Position numbers and translations under genes: made by a program
Notes under the pieces: generated by a model
What the model was told of the DNA's origin: nothing
Database searches by the model: none
What the model saw: only the letters and a program-made list of their open reading frames with translations
Assembly: GCF_039555335.1 (NCBI RefSeq)
Contig: NC_092630.1
Location: 31,084,769 to 31,148,768, forward strand
Direction: 5' to 3'
DNA from: Amphiura filiformis
Taxonomy: Eukaryota
DNA length: 64,000 nt
Shown here: positions 36,222 to 47,968 of the stretch, one piece after another
Numbering within the stretch: the stretch's first letter is position 1
Layout of the letters: every line of letters starts with the position of its first letter

Positions 36222-37832
36222 ATGGCAGAAGGACCTTGGCTTCGCAACTGGGGCCACATGACACAGCAATTTGAAGGTAACAAAATTGAAATGATATCTG
36301 GCACCACCAAGTTAATCGACAAAGAAATGTGGCAAAGAGCTTATTTCTCTTTAGTACAAGTGTACGGCAAACAAATGTTCATCAAACTCTCTCACAGTTG
36401 TGCAGGAGATGAAGACAAGTCCATCTGGTTGCGGTATCATTTCCAGATGCACGGAAGACTTAAAATTGGGCTGAAGCTAAGTAAAGAACAACAACCTCGA
36501 TTGGTTTTCCATTTCCAAGATAGAAAATATCTTGCATTTTTCGGTGGCTCTCTCAAAATTGTAGCAGGACCTTGTGAAGACACCAAGACAGATATTCTAA
36601 GTGAGACTTTTGATAGAGAACAGGCCGCTGAAGCTGTGAGGCAAGGTGATCATGTTTGTAACATTCTATTGGACCAAACACACTTCTCTGGTGTCGGCAA
36701 TATCATCATGAATGAAGTGCTGTATAACTGCAAAATCCATCCTCAAGAAATTGGGGAGAATCTCAGTCGAACAGAGGCAGAGAACTTGGTCAATGAAGTT
36801 GTTAAATTCAGCAACGAGTGGCTGGATTGGGAGCTCTCTGATCACTCATGCGAAGAAAATTTGAGTGATCAAATGAAAGTATACTGGAAATTTACATGCC
36901 CTCTTGGTCACAAAACTAAACGGGGCTGGTTTAAAGAGAACGAGCTGAAATGGGTAATGGTGTGGTGTCCTCGATGCCAGCAAGAGAAAAGTATGCCAAT
37001 TCAAAAGCTGGGATGTGGAAAAGTAGTTGATAGCAAAAGTAGCAATGGTGAGGATGCAAGTAGTGCAGAATACAGTGGTGGTGAGGTTCAATGTAGCGAT
37101 AGTGATGGAACAGGAAGTTATGATTGGAATTGCACGTTAGATGAGTTGCCATCTATGAGTAATGAGGATACAATCAATACCAGTGATGAGCATGGTAATG
37201 ATGTGATGATGTATGATAATATGGTGACATCGGATAGTGGAATGGCATCGGATGGTGATTTGGAAGTTGTAAGTGTCATTGACAGAACATGTGTTATAAT
37301 GAGTAACTATGAAGAAAAGAAACCAAAAGTTGACAACTCTTCCAAATCGTGTAATAAATCGGTAAAAGTTCTTGTGGAACAAAGCGTTCTTGAGTTGCAT
37401 CCCAAGTTAAACATGGCAGCTGTTGCACTTGCGAAGAAACTATCTGCACATGAAATTCAGAGGCGTACTTGCAAGTATAAAAGATGTAACACAAACTTAA
37501 AGACAAGGTCATTTAATAGCAAATGGCACAGAATCAGTCATTCCAGGTATAATAAACACACAACCTGTCACAGCAGGCCTGGAGTAAATGCGAAAATAAG
37601 TCAGAGGAAACAAGAAGATCAAATTGCGCGAAAGTTGTATAAGGCTCAAGACAGGGACATTGCAATCAAGAAGAAAGCAAGTAGTAGAAAGACCAAGGTG
37701 CCTACATGTAGAATGCCCTTGAAGAAGTGGAGGGTTTCGGATTGTGTAAAGCTATCAGCTCAAGACAAGAACACTACAATGAAGATGGTAAAAACTCCAA
37801 GTGGTACTTTTGTTGTTACAGCACCCAAGTAA
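36222..37832 (+). CDS. NEIL2: Nei-like DNA glycosylase 2 (NEIL2-type; Fpg/Nei N-terminal domain, H2TH, CHCC zinc finger), single exon, with a ~280-aa low-complexity C-terminal extension
   Basis: ORF 36018..37832. From the Met at 36222: MAEGPWLRNWGHMTQQFEGNKI (human NEIL2 is MPEGPLVRKFHHLVSPFVGQQV). PRLVFHFQDRKYLAFFGG, LLDQTHFSGVGNIIMNEVLYNCKIHP (H2TH) and CPLGH...WCPRCQ (CHCC) are all collinear with NEIL2, with no frameshifts or stops. TATATATATTT lies about 75 nt upstream of the ATG. Confidence 0.85.
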   Translation: MAEGPWLRNWGHMTQQFEGNKIEMISGTTKLIDKEMWQRAYFSLVQVYGKQMFIKLSHSCAGDEDKSIWLRYHFQMHGRLKIGLKLSKEQQPRLVFHFQDRKYLAFFGGSLKIVAGPCEDTKTDILSETFDREQAAEAVRQGDHVCNILLDQTHFSGVGNIIMNEVLYNCKIHPQEIGENLSRTEAENLVNEVVKFSNEWLDWELSDHSCEENLSDQMKVYWKFTCPLGHKTKRGWFKENELKWVMVWCPRCQQEKSMPIQKLGCGKVVDSKSSNGEDASSAEYSGGEVQCSDSDGTGSYDWNCTLDELPSMSNEDTINTSDEHGNDVMMYDNMVTSDSGMASDGDLEVVSVIDRTCVIMSNYEEKKPKVDNSSKSCNKSVKVLVEQSVLELHPKLNMAAVALAKKLSAHEIQRRTCKYKRCNTNLKTRSFNSKWHRISHSRYNKHTTCHSRPGVNAKISQRKQEDQIARKLYKAQDRDIAIKKKASSRKTKVPTCRMPLKKWRVSDCVKLSAQDKNTTMKMVKTPSGTFVVTAPK

Positions 37833-38204
37833 AATACAAAATTGTACCCAAATGTGTATTATATATATAAGTATACTAAAATGAGATGGAAATTAGGGGA
37901 TGAGGGGGACAGGGGTCATTCAAAAAATAGTTAAAATACATCAGATATACATGACCTAAAAATCAAAAACATTTGAAAAGAGGTGTGTTTGTTGGGAGCA
38001 GGCAAGTAAGTTGTGTGATACACACAGAGGTGAAAAGTTTTTTTAAAAACCATTGATTTTTAAGTATTTGGTAGTTTTCCCAAACTTTTCCAAAAGTTAG
38101 TTTTTAAACAAATTGTAAATTGAGTCCAAAAGAGGGCATATTCTGTGTAATTTATACTTGCGATTAAAGATTGGTGTTTTTGCTGGACAGTCGTCTTAGG
38201 GTAT

Positions 38205-38700
38205 TAAATAAAGGCACTTAATTTAATGCCCACATGACCAGATGGGCGCTGACATTACAGCTTGTAGACAGGAAGTCTGGAAAAGTGACCTTTGGAAACA
38301 CGGCATGCATGAAGCATGATTTTCCAGCAAATTTGATGTTTTTTGCAACTTCCTAAATTTAGTTCTTGAATTTTGAAAACATACTAAAAAAGCAGAATGT
38401 GTAATGAATTACCTTGTACAATTTTTTGTAATTTCGCTAATATTTGTCTGAAAAGTTCCTATCTTTTTGCAGCACATCTACTGATCACTTGGTGGTCTCG
38501 GTATGGCGGTATAAGTTACAGGCCAGCCGGGCTTGACCTTAATTAAAAAGTTACCGGCCAGCCGAGCCGGCAACTAGATGCCAGTCAGAAAAGTTACCGG
38601 CCAGGCCAAAAGTTACAGGCCAATGGCCGGCTGACCGGCCCTATTTCGAACGCTGCCCCCATGGGTCATGTGGGCATTAAATTTAGTGCCTTTATTTAAA
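38205..38700. mobile_element. TIR element (ttaaataaaggcacttaatttaatgcccacatgacc) with internal agttaccggcc repeats
   Basis: 38210-38250 is the reverse complement of 38655-38700. Confidence 0.6.
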
Positions 38701-40264
38701 TGCCCCAAGATGACTGCTGGAAGGGTGAACTTGTTTAGAAGGTGTTTTTAAAGTCAATTGGTCATGCACATATGTACACTACCACACTTGAGTGACCCCC
38801 AACCCCCTGTTGGTGTGAGGGGTACTAATTAGGTTGAATTATTAATACGGGTTCTAATTAGATTGTCTTGCCAAATTAGAAATTCACTGATGGCTCTTTT
38901 ATGCACTTCAGCATGTTTATTTCTATGCTTTGCATGTACTTGTAAGGGGCATGCTATTGGCACTGCAGCAAGTTTACAGGGGTGTTTTTGATAGCAGTTA
39001 TTGGTACTCCACAGCATGTTAAACATGGTGGAGTACGTGTTAGTAATTGTTGTCTCAGTGCCCTTGTGGGCGAGTTACAGTTTTGGTCTTGGGGCGGTGG
39101 CTCCTGTCTTTTTACGTGTGAGGTGCGGGGATGGGCACGTTAAGGTGTTTGAGGGGTGTTACCAGTCTGTTGTGTTAACAGTCAATCTTATGCCACTTTT
39201 CTGTTTGTTTTCAACGTGTATATACAATAATTGTTTAATAAGCATGTTAAGTTACCGTAGAAGCAGGATTAATTACCATAGCAGTGTACAAATTAAGTGG
39301 TCATCCGGTCATCCCGTAGCCCAGATTTGCTGGCGGATGACCAGAAATTCACTGCAGGTTATCCGTTGGATGCCCATACTTTATTTAAAAAAAAATTAAT
39401 ACTTTTCCTTTTGAAATGTTACTTGACCTAGAGCTATAATTGCTAGGATCATTCATGGTTGATTTTAAACAAAATGTGTTTTTAATATGCAAAGTTCAAA
39501 TTTAACTTTAAAAAAATTACAATTTTTAATTTTAGATAATTATATACGGATGACCAAAAATTTTGGCGGATGACCAGATTTCATGACCTGGTCATCCGCT
39601 GGATGACCTGATTTTTTTTCTTAATTTGCACACTAATTACCAAAGTGATAGTTTTACACTATTTTTGATGTGTATTGTTCCACACTATTCAGCATCGAGT
39701 TACGTTACTTACGTAATTCTCTTGGTTACCGGATCACGCTATTTTGGTATGCCTTCGAGTGCCATATACTTTGTGTAGTGATGGTTTCGATTGTGGTTCA
39801 TTACTCAAGCACATGATTCCGTTGACATAGTAACATTACGTAACTTTGATACTGAATATAAAGCAAGCTGCACTCATTGACCACAGTGTATGTGTGCAAT
39901 GATAAATTGGCTACTATACTTGCTTTTTTCAAATACACTAATCTTTACAGGTGCGAGTGATCAGCATGATGTGAAAATTCTATAGAATTATGATCCAGGT
40001 CTCAGGCATGAGAATTTTCAGGTTTAAACCTGAATTCAGACTTTTTTTTGGTCCAAATTCCTGCACTTTCTTTTAATTTCAGCCCATTTGTGGCCTTTTT
40101 AGCCTAATTTTACATGTTTTTTGAGGCTTTTTCAAACATTTTAGGTTTTTCATGGATGATCATTCTCATGCCTTATCCCTGTTCTTTGATAATCTATGTG
40201 GAATGCAGAGGAACTGTGTAGCACCTAGTGCAGGGCAATACATTCAAAAATAGTGTAAACCCAT

Positions 40265-40930
40265 CACTATGCTAATTAATACTAAACACATCAAAAGAAA
40301 TAAGTCCCCCTCTGAAAATTTCGTCATAACATCGTAAAGTAAAACTTTGTACCAATAAAACGTGCTTAGAAATAATTATATGATTGTTTACTAAGTGTTT
40401 TGTGAAAATGAAAGATGTCCATGACTTCATGGCTGAATGAACCCAAATTGAAGACAAAAACTGCCCTTTCCAAAAGTCACAAAGTAGGCCTATGCTTGTT
40501 AACTGCAAGGCGTATTGGGACAGGAATGGAACTGGCCATCTTACAACTCACTGTGCTGAACTCTGCACCAAGGGGATTTGCATGGCTGAATGATCAAGAA
40601 TCGATACACGTTACAGTAAATGTTCACTTGGTGAGGATTTTAAACTGCACTCAAACACATGGGGTTTTCCATTAGTAACAAGCCATAATCAACTTTTGTG
40701 ACAAGCAATAGGCCTACTTTGTGACTTTTGAAAAGGGCAGTTTTTGCCTTCAATTTAGGCTCGTTCAGCCCTGAAGTCATGGAAATCTCTCATTTTCACA
40801 CAACACTTAGTAAACAGTCATATAATTATTTCAAAGTTAGTTTTGTTGGTACAAAACGAAACCTTAACAATGTTATGACGACATGTTCAGAGGGGGACTT
40901 TTTTTATGTGTTTATTAAATCACTACTTCT
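40265..40930. mobile_element. Foldback element, about 280-bp arms
   Basis: 40270-40520 is the reverse complement of 40680-40930. Confidence 0.7.
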
Positions 40931-41694
40931 ATGGGCTATGATGAATTATGTAATGTTACATTATACTTGCGGGGGGGGGGGCACTCATACATATTGGCAT
41001 GTATCATGTGCCTGTCAAAGACCCATTTTCTTTTACAAAACTGCCACCCAAGGACCCCCTTTTTTTTTCAAAAGTATACACCCAATCCCATTATAATGTC
41101 TGGAGGCTACACCCTATGAGCTCCTTTTATCTTCATTTTTAGCTCAAAAAAACATTCTTTTGGGCTAAAATACACCAACAAATTTCATATGCAGGGGCCT
41201 GTCCTGTGTGCAACTCACAATATTGTTAGTTTGCAAAATCACACCCTGCAGAAGATGATTGTGAACATCTTGAATATATACCGACTGCTCAGTGCCAGAA
41301 GTGGGTAAGTGCAATAGCTGTCATGTGTATAGCTGCCATGTGTAGACGAGTACAATATACTCTGTGTAAATTGCCTAATGTTCACAGGGCAGCTATTGCA
41401 CTTACTCACTTCTGGCACTGAGCAGTCAATATGTGGATCAGGGAAAACATACTATACATGTAGTTACTTCCTCTCACATATCATTATCTCATATTGGAAA
41501 ATGGATCTCATTGTGGATCTCAAAGTTCAAATATGAGACCCATAATAAGATTTAATATGAGTATCATTGACTATCATATAGAGATATAGTAGCTAACCAA
41601 TTGAATTTCACTGGGTACCACAATATAACTTCAAATTGTTCATCAATGGTACAAATATTTTGTTGAAATGTATGCTTTTAGGGGATATGCAATA

Positions 41695-42015
41695 ATTATG
41701 AGTGGGTAAAATTTCCAAATGGAAAAATTGTCCCCCCCCTCTTGGCCTGCCAAATCTTTGTCCCCCCCCTCCTCCTTAGCACATGCCAAATTTTTGGTAT
41801 CCCAATTTGCTGTTGTTTTTGTAAGTACTGTTTCCTTTTTAAAGCGTTATATTTGAAAGGCACCCCATGAATGTGTGCCCAAAATCGCTTGTCCCCATCT
41901 CGGCTTGCTAAAAATTGCTTTCCCCCGCTTCAGCTTTCCAAAAATTTCTTGCCCCCCCCCCCCCCCCCCCCAATTTTACCCTCCCACCAGGGGGGCTCAT
42001 AAAGAACAGCCCTTA
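41695..42015. mobile_element. Family 5 MITE copy
   Basis: gggtaaaatttccaaat...ccaattttaccctc, with C-homopolymer-punctuated sub-repeats. Confidence 0.6.
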
Positions 42016-43863
42016 TGATAGTATGTATTCTGATGTTTGATGAAGAAAGTTAAACAATTACACAAAGCATGTTTGTTTAGGTCAGGGTTTTGCAATGTTG
42101 TTTTCATATTCTTTTATTGGTGAGGGTGTGGATGCCGGTCATCCATGATCTCTTTTTATTTCTTGCCACATGTATATGAATGTTTTTATCTTCTTTTTTG
42201 TTGTTGATATGTTTGTATATCATGATATATTTATTGTCTATATTTGTTTCTATAACTGTAATTTACTTACTATTTATTGCTTGCATGCTTCGTAAAATCA
42301 TCACGTTTGAGTTTCAGTTTATTTGTCTTGTTCTGCTCTCCGTTTGAATGTGTTCTTAAGCGTGTTGGTTCTTTTAATCTATATTTGTGCTTGTATATTT
42401 ATATATATATATATCCAATATGAGTTGGGTTCAACAGTGTCATAAAAGTTTTGAAATTCACTCAAAACTTTCATTGTGAAAAATGTAGTGATCATGCCAT
42501 GGCAGCATGTTGGATGTGCAGGAAGAGAACTTCCCAGGTGTGGTCTGTGCGTGTGTAGGAAGTGTTCATTTGAGCAGGCATGGGATTTTCCAGTGGAAAC
42601 ACTGGAACCAGTCTTTTTTGATGTTAAAATTCCCGCAGTTTTATTTATTTTCAGCCCATTTTCAGGTGTTTTTGTCCAATTTTACGTGCTTTTCCAGCTT
42701 TTCCGGACTTTTTCATAAATGCATAGTCCCATGCCTGTTTGAGGGGTTGATGGCAATCTAACAATTATTGTAATTTTAATGAGAATCATTTTACAATGAT
42801 GTTATGTAATACATTACATATCAAAATTGAGTTATGTAATTAAAGGTCTATTCAGTGATCTTATTGAGGGTGTAAAAAATAAAAATGTTTATAAATTGAT
42901 TAGTTATTAAAATTGTCAGTAGGTATTTTTTTGAAATCTAAAAAAGGTATAAAAGGGAAATAACAGTATTGATAAAGTTGAAGCCATATTCACACGCATA
43001 TGTATGTACATTAGTTAATTTCTGTACTAAAGTAGAGAAAATATATTTTTGTGTAAAATGTCCTATTTTGTGTTTAATAAAAATCTTTCAGCTTAACCAC
43101 TAGCAGGCTATGTTAGCCAGGGTTCACAGGTTTTTGCCTCAGGTGGGAAAAACCATGGTTTTAGCCACAGTTTTTTCTGCTTGGCAAAAATAGCTTTTGC
43201 CGACTAAAAAAGTGAAAAATGTTTAACTTTTTTCACCTCAAAACTAATTGCTTACTTGCTTACTTAAGATGAGTGGTGTCCTCGAACTACAACGGCACGC
43301 CAAATCCTTCTGTCTTGCATGGCCGTTCCCAAATCCATAACATCCAGTCCAGTGTCCTGCTTCAATACATCCACATATGTTAGAGGGGGTCTACCAGGTT
43401 TTCTGTTTCCATGTTTTGGTGTCCAATGGGTCAGCTTAGCTGCAGGTTCATTTTTGCTTCTGTATGCGTGCCCAGCGAAATGTGTCCTCCTCTCTCTGAT
43501 CTTCTATGAAAGTTTCTGAGTACATGCTCTCCAAAACTAATTATTAAGTAACAAAAATAATTTTCTGAGTGTAGTTAGGCCAAATTTTGCAATTATAGGT
43601 AACTATTATCGAGAAATTAAAGGCACATGTTTTCAATATGCACTATAGTGCACTTAACTGAAATGTGTCATATCAAATTTAAAATGGTTCCATTTTAAGG
43701 ACTTGATGCGATAAAATTTATGCCGAATGAATGATTCATGAAAAGTTATTACTATTTATGAGCTTTCTGTGTTACTTTTTATATTTGACTGACTATAAAT
43801 TATGTGTTTTTATATGCCACTTTTCACAAGCAACCAGGTTTTTGTTGGCAAAAATTGAACCTT

Positions 43864-44270
43864 GATGTTTGTACCGTAACCGCTCGGGTATAAGCCCACC
43901 CTCCTAGATGGGCAATTTCACTTCAAAAATGGGGGTGGGCTTATAACCGGGGAGGGGCTAGTAGTTTAATTTAAAAATAAGAACAATCTGCCCCATTTGA
44001 ATATGCCCAAAGTACCAGCAATTTCTATCATCTACATGTATATCATTTTTTTTAAATTATAAGTATGGAATGTTAATTTTTAACTGATATTTTTTTTTAT
44101 TTGTTCTAGAATGTGAAAGAAAAGCATTGACATGATTTAAGAACTAAGCCAAAATTACCACTGGGCTTATACCCGAGTGCACCCTTGTTCTCAGAATGGT
44201 TTAAAAAATAGAGGGTGGGCTTATAGCCAAAGGTGGGCTTATACCCGAGTGGTTACGGTACATACTACAT
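43864..44270. mobile_element. MITE (TIR gtaccgtaaccgctcgggtataagcccacc)
   Basis: 43864-43893 is the reverse complement of 44241-44270. Internal gggcttata sub-repeats. Confidence 0.7.
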
Positions 44271-44388
44271 TAGCAAGTAGTAAAGGTGCAAAAAAAAATT
44301 GATGATTTTACGAATTTCCAAACTTACTGTTTGGATCAGATATGCACCAAGATTTTATAACCAAACTTTTATGTGTAGTATTAAGGGC

Positions 44389-45609
44389 TGGGGTATGAAC
44401 GTTTGGACAGTATTTATTTTGGGACATTGGAGCACATCAGATATATCGAATTGCATTCTGAATACGTAGAATGTCATTCTGATATCAAATAATTTTGAAT
44501 TTTTGAAATTCGCAATTTAATACACATTTTATGGCAAATCATTAAAAATTGATATTTTTGATATTTAACAGTACTTGAAGTAAACTTTATAAATCTGATG
44601 ATTTATACTTAAAGTGTATGTAGGTGGGTTGAAAAGCCGACGATCAATTGAAAATTTTGACCTTTCGCATTGAAGATATGGATTTTTTTTCCCAAAACAC
44701 CAAAACAAATTAGGTCTTTTGGGAAAAAATCCATATCTTCAATATGAAAGGTCAAAATTTTCAATTGACCGTCGACTTTTCCTCCTGCTACATACACTTT
44801 AAGAATATATCATTAGATTTATATAATTTACGAGGACTGTTATATCAAAATTGAAAAATATCAAATTTTTATAATTTGTCATAAAATTTGTATTATATTG
44901 TGATTTTCAAAAATGAAAATTATTTGATATCAGAAAGACATGCTTTAAGGATCTAAAATGAGCGTTTATTGCGTTTCGATAGTATTTTTTGTGGCACATG
45001 AGAGCACCTCAGACCTATCGAATTGTATTCTGAATATGAAGCATGTCTTTCTGATATCAAATAATTTTCATTTTTTTAAAATCACAATATAATACAAATT
45101 TTATGACAAATTATAAAAATTTGATATTTTCAAATTTTTGATATATAACAGTCCTCAAAGTAAATTATATAAATCTAATGATATATTCTTAAAGTGTATG
45201 TAGCAGGGAGGAAAAGCCGACTTTCAATTGAAAATTTTGACCTTTCATATTGAAGATACGGATTTTTTCCCAAAAAGACCTAATTTTTTTTGGTGTTTTG
45301 GGAAAAAAAATCCATATCTTCAATATGAAAGGTCAAAATTTTCAATTGATCGTCGGCTTTTCATCCCACCTACATACACTTTAAGTATAAATCATCAGAT
45401 TTATAAATTTTACTTCAAGTACTGTTAAATATCAAAAATATCAATTTTAATGATTTGCCATAAAATGTGTATTAAATTGCTAATTTCAAAAATCAAAATT
45501 ATTTGATATCAGAATGACATTTTTCAGTATTCAGAATGCAATTCGATGTCTGATGTGCTCTAATGTCCCAAAATAAATACTGTCCAAACGTTCATACCCC
45601 AGCCCTTAA
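44389..45609. mobile_element. Family 3 foldback element, 1.2-kb near-perfect palindrome, TTAA at both ends
   Basis: The left arm 44389-45000 mirrors the right arm 45000-45609. Each arm carries the ggtcaaaattttcaattgatcgtcggcttttc hairpin. Confidence 0.85.
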
Positions 45610-45834
45610 ATGTACTGAAAAGGTTGTTCTTTTAAAACTGATCAACTTTTATGAATTTAGAAATCTTGAGAATTTATTTTGTATTCATTTTGAAGAAAAA
45701 ATGTTTCTTCCTACTTTTTCAGAATGTGTTTGTCATAACTTTATAAAGCTTTCAAACAAGTAAAGCCATAATGTATGATCTGAATTATTATAAGATGAAA
45801 TTGGTGAATTTTTACTCAATTTTTTGCTTTTTTT

Positions 45835-46671
45835 GACATGATCTGGTCCATGGATGTCAAAGGCGGCAAATTTGAAATTGAGATAAAGGCAAAATAAAAA
45901 CATTAAAATACTGTTTACATAATAAAATAGACATCACAAAACTTCATAAGTTTAACCAAGAATGCTACATGTAGACCTTATGATGTTTTCAATATGATAG
46001 CGCACAGTGTCATCGCCCCGATATCTTCATGGCAGAAATCGCCATGGTAGATTGAATCCTCCGCCACGCATGGCCATTATACATATCGACCTGTTTAATA
46101 GTTTCGCATAAATAGGCTGAAGGACATCTGACTAAGGCTACTGAAAATAGCCCCGATTACCTTGGTGACTGACCTCGCTGTGTGTCAGTCAAGCATGGTA
46201 TGCCATAGGTCATATTCTTTTAGACAACCTTCACGATTGGCCTATACACTGCGCTATATAATTCGGCACATATTAATCAGAATTATTGCGGAATTATTGT
46301 CAGTTTTTGACTCAAGACGCAAGCTACTGTCTCAAAGCGCAAGTTAACGACTATCATATCTGTTCAAAATATATATTCATGTGTAAGGAACCACATCTGG
46401 TTTCTTTACGAAATCATTTACGGGAGATATTCATCATTTTCTACATGTACACCGCTATCCAAAGATTTTCTTCACATATCAAACTCATGCATAGCAAATG
46501 CACGTGTATCGATCCCGGGTATTCATTTTAGTATCTCTGCTGTACCAAGTAATTATTAGCCAGGCGATGTCGGTGTGTAGCGTAATATTTGTATTTTTAA
46601 GTATAAATAATTATTGTAACTAAATTTTCAAAAATGCCTCCTTTGGCCTCCATGGACCAGATCGTGTCGCA
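45835..46671. mobile_element. MITE family 1 copy with about 580 bp of unrelated internal sequence
   Basis: Left TIR tgacatgatctggtccatggatgtcaaaggcggcaaatttgaaa, right TIR ttttcaaaaatgcctcctttggcctccatggaccagatcgtgtcgc. Confidence 0.6.
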
Positions 46672-47102
46672 TATCTGTAATGTTCACACACATGTTCCAA
46701 GTTACACCTAAATGGAATCAGCCAAGTTTGTTGTGCTTGTGTAAAATGAGCAATTTTGACAGTACATTTGTAAGTCGTACATTAAGTCCCCCGTATAACT
46801 CCATGTTAAATGGCTAAAATAGCCAGTGGGGTTTCTTTCACTTAACCTCGTTATTTTTGTATAAAATGGAAAGAAACCCTTCACCATTTTGGTAAAGAAT
46901 GACAAAATTAAAATTTGACGAAATCGTACATTATATGGCTTTAATTGAATATTTATAAATCAATAAACTATGAAAATAGCATTTGTTAAGTTAAATTTTG
47001 AGGCATGGTAGTATTTTTGTGCATTCTTCAAATTGTGAAATTTCATGAGAACTTTCATTGTGTTTTGAAATGATTTAAGCAAAGTGTTGGTTAATCTGTG
47101 AA

Positions 47103-47465
47103 GGTGGTACTACACCCCTCGATAAATTTGTGTCTATTTTTGCATTTTTCTCAAAAACTAAAAACACAGTAGTATCAAAAGTTATGTATATTATAGGGGC
47201 AAGGTTCCAATCCAATTACTTCACTGGAATTTCATTGACCCAAGACAAGCGGTTCATTATTTATGATAAGAAAAGAGGTACTGGTAGAATGTACCTCATT
47301 TCCTATCATATATACCGAACCGCTTGTCTTGAGTCACTGAAATTTCAGTGTAATAATTGGACTCCTTGCCACAATAATATACATAACTTTTGTTACCAGT
47401 GTGTTATTATTTTTTGAGAAAAATGTAAAAATAGTCACAAATTTACCATAGGGGTGTAGTACCCC
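47103..47465. mobile_element. Family 2 MITE copy
   Basis: ggtggtactacacccct ... aggggtgtagtaccccc|ttaa. Confidence 0.6.
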
Positions 47466-47968
47466 CTTAAAGCTTAAAAAAATTATAAGATCAATTACTG
47501 ATCGACCAACAATAGCCAATGAGAAGTCTGCCTTTAGAAGAATATCAGAAGAATCCCGCGTCCAAAATTGAACATCTCAAAATAATTAATTATTTTATTT
47601 TTGTTTCTAATTTTCTCCTTTAAAATAACTTTCAACTACTTCTACTTGCCATTTTCTGACTTTAATAATATCAACAATAATGATGAATAAACAAAGAGTA
47701 CAACTCCACCTTCACTTATTTATAAAATCAAATATTGTTGTGAAATAATTAAATGCCCACTCCAGTCAAAACAAGTCAATAGTTGCTTGTAATAGTTCAA
47801 ACTAGATAAAGAAAATAAAAGATAATTAATAATTAAGTCACCTCGTCCCTTTTTCCAAATCAGGGCAGCCAGCATACCACATGGGCGGGGGTTAAAAGGG
47901 GCAGGGTTTTGTCACTGAACTCAATCAGTTAATTAACCTTATCAGTTTATTAATCTAATCAAGTATCC

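Noticed and set aside
36846-37512. Antisense ORFs inside the NEIL2-like CDS (36846..37091 -, 36931..37152 -, 37137..37400 -, 37294..37512 -)
   Set aside because: They are short, lack homology, and lie on the opposite strand of a strongly supported CDS.
39001-39399. 132-aa ORF (MVLHSMLNMVEYVLVIVVSV...)
   Set aside because: It has a hydrophobic start but no recognisable family. It lies in a repeat-rich intergenic region beside ggatgacc repeats. There is insufficient support for a gene.
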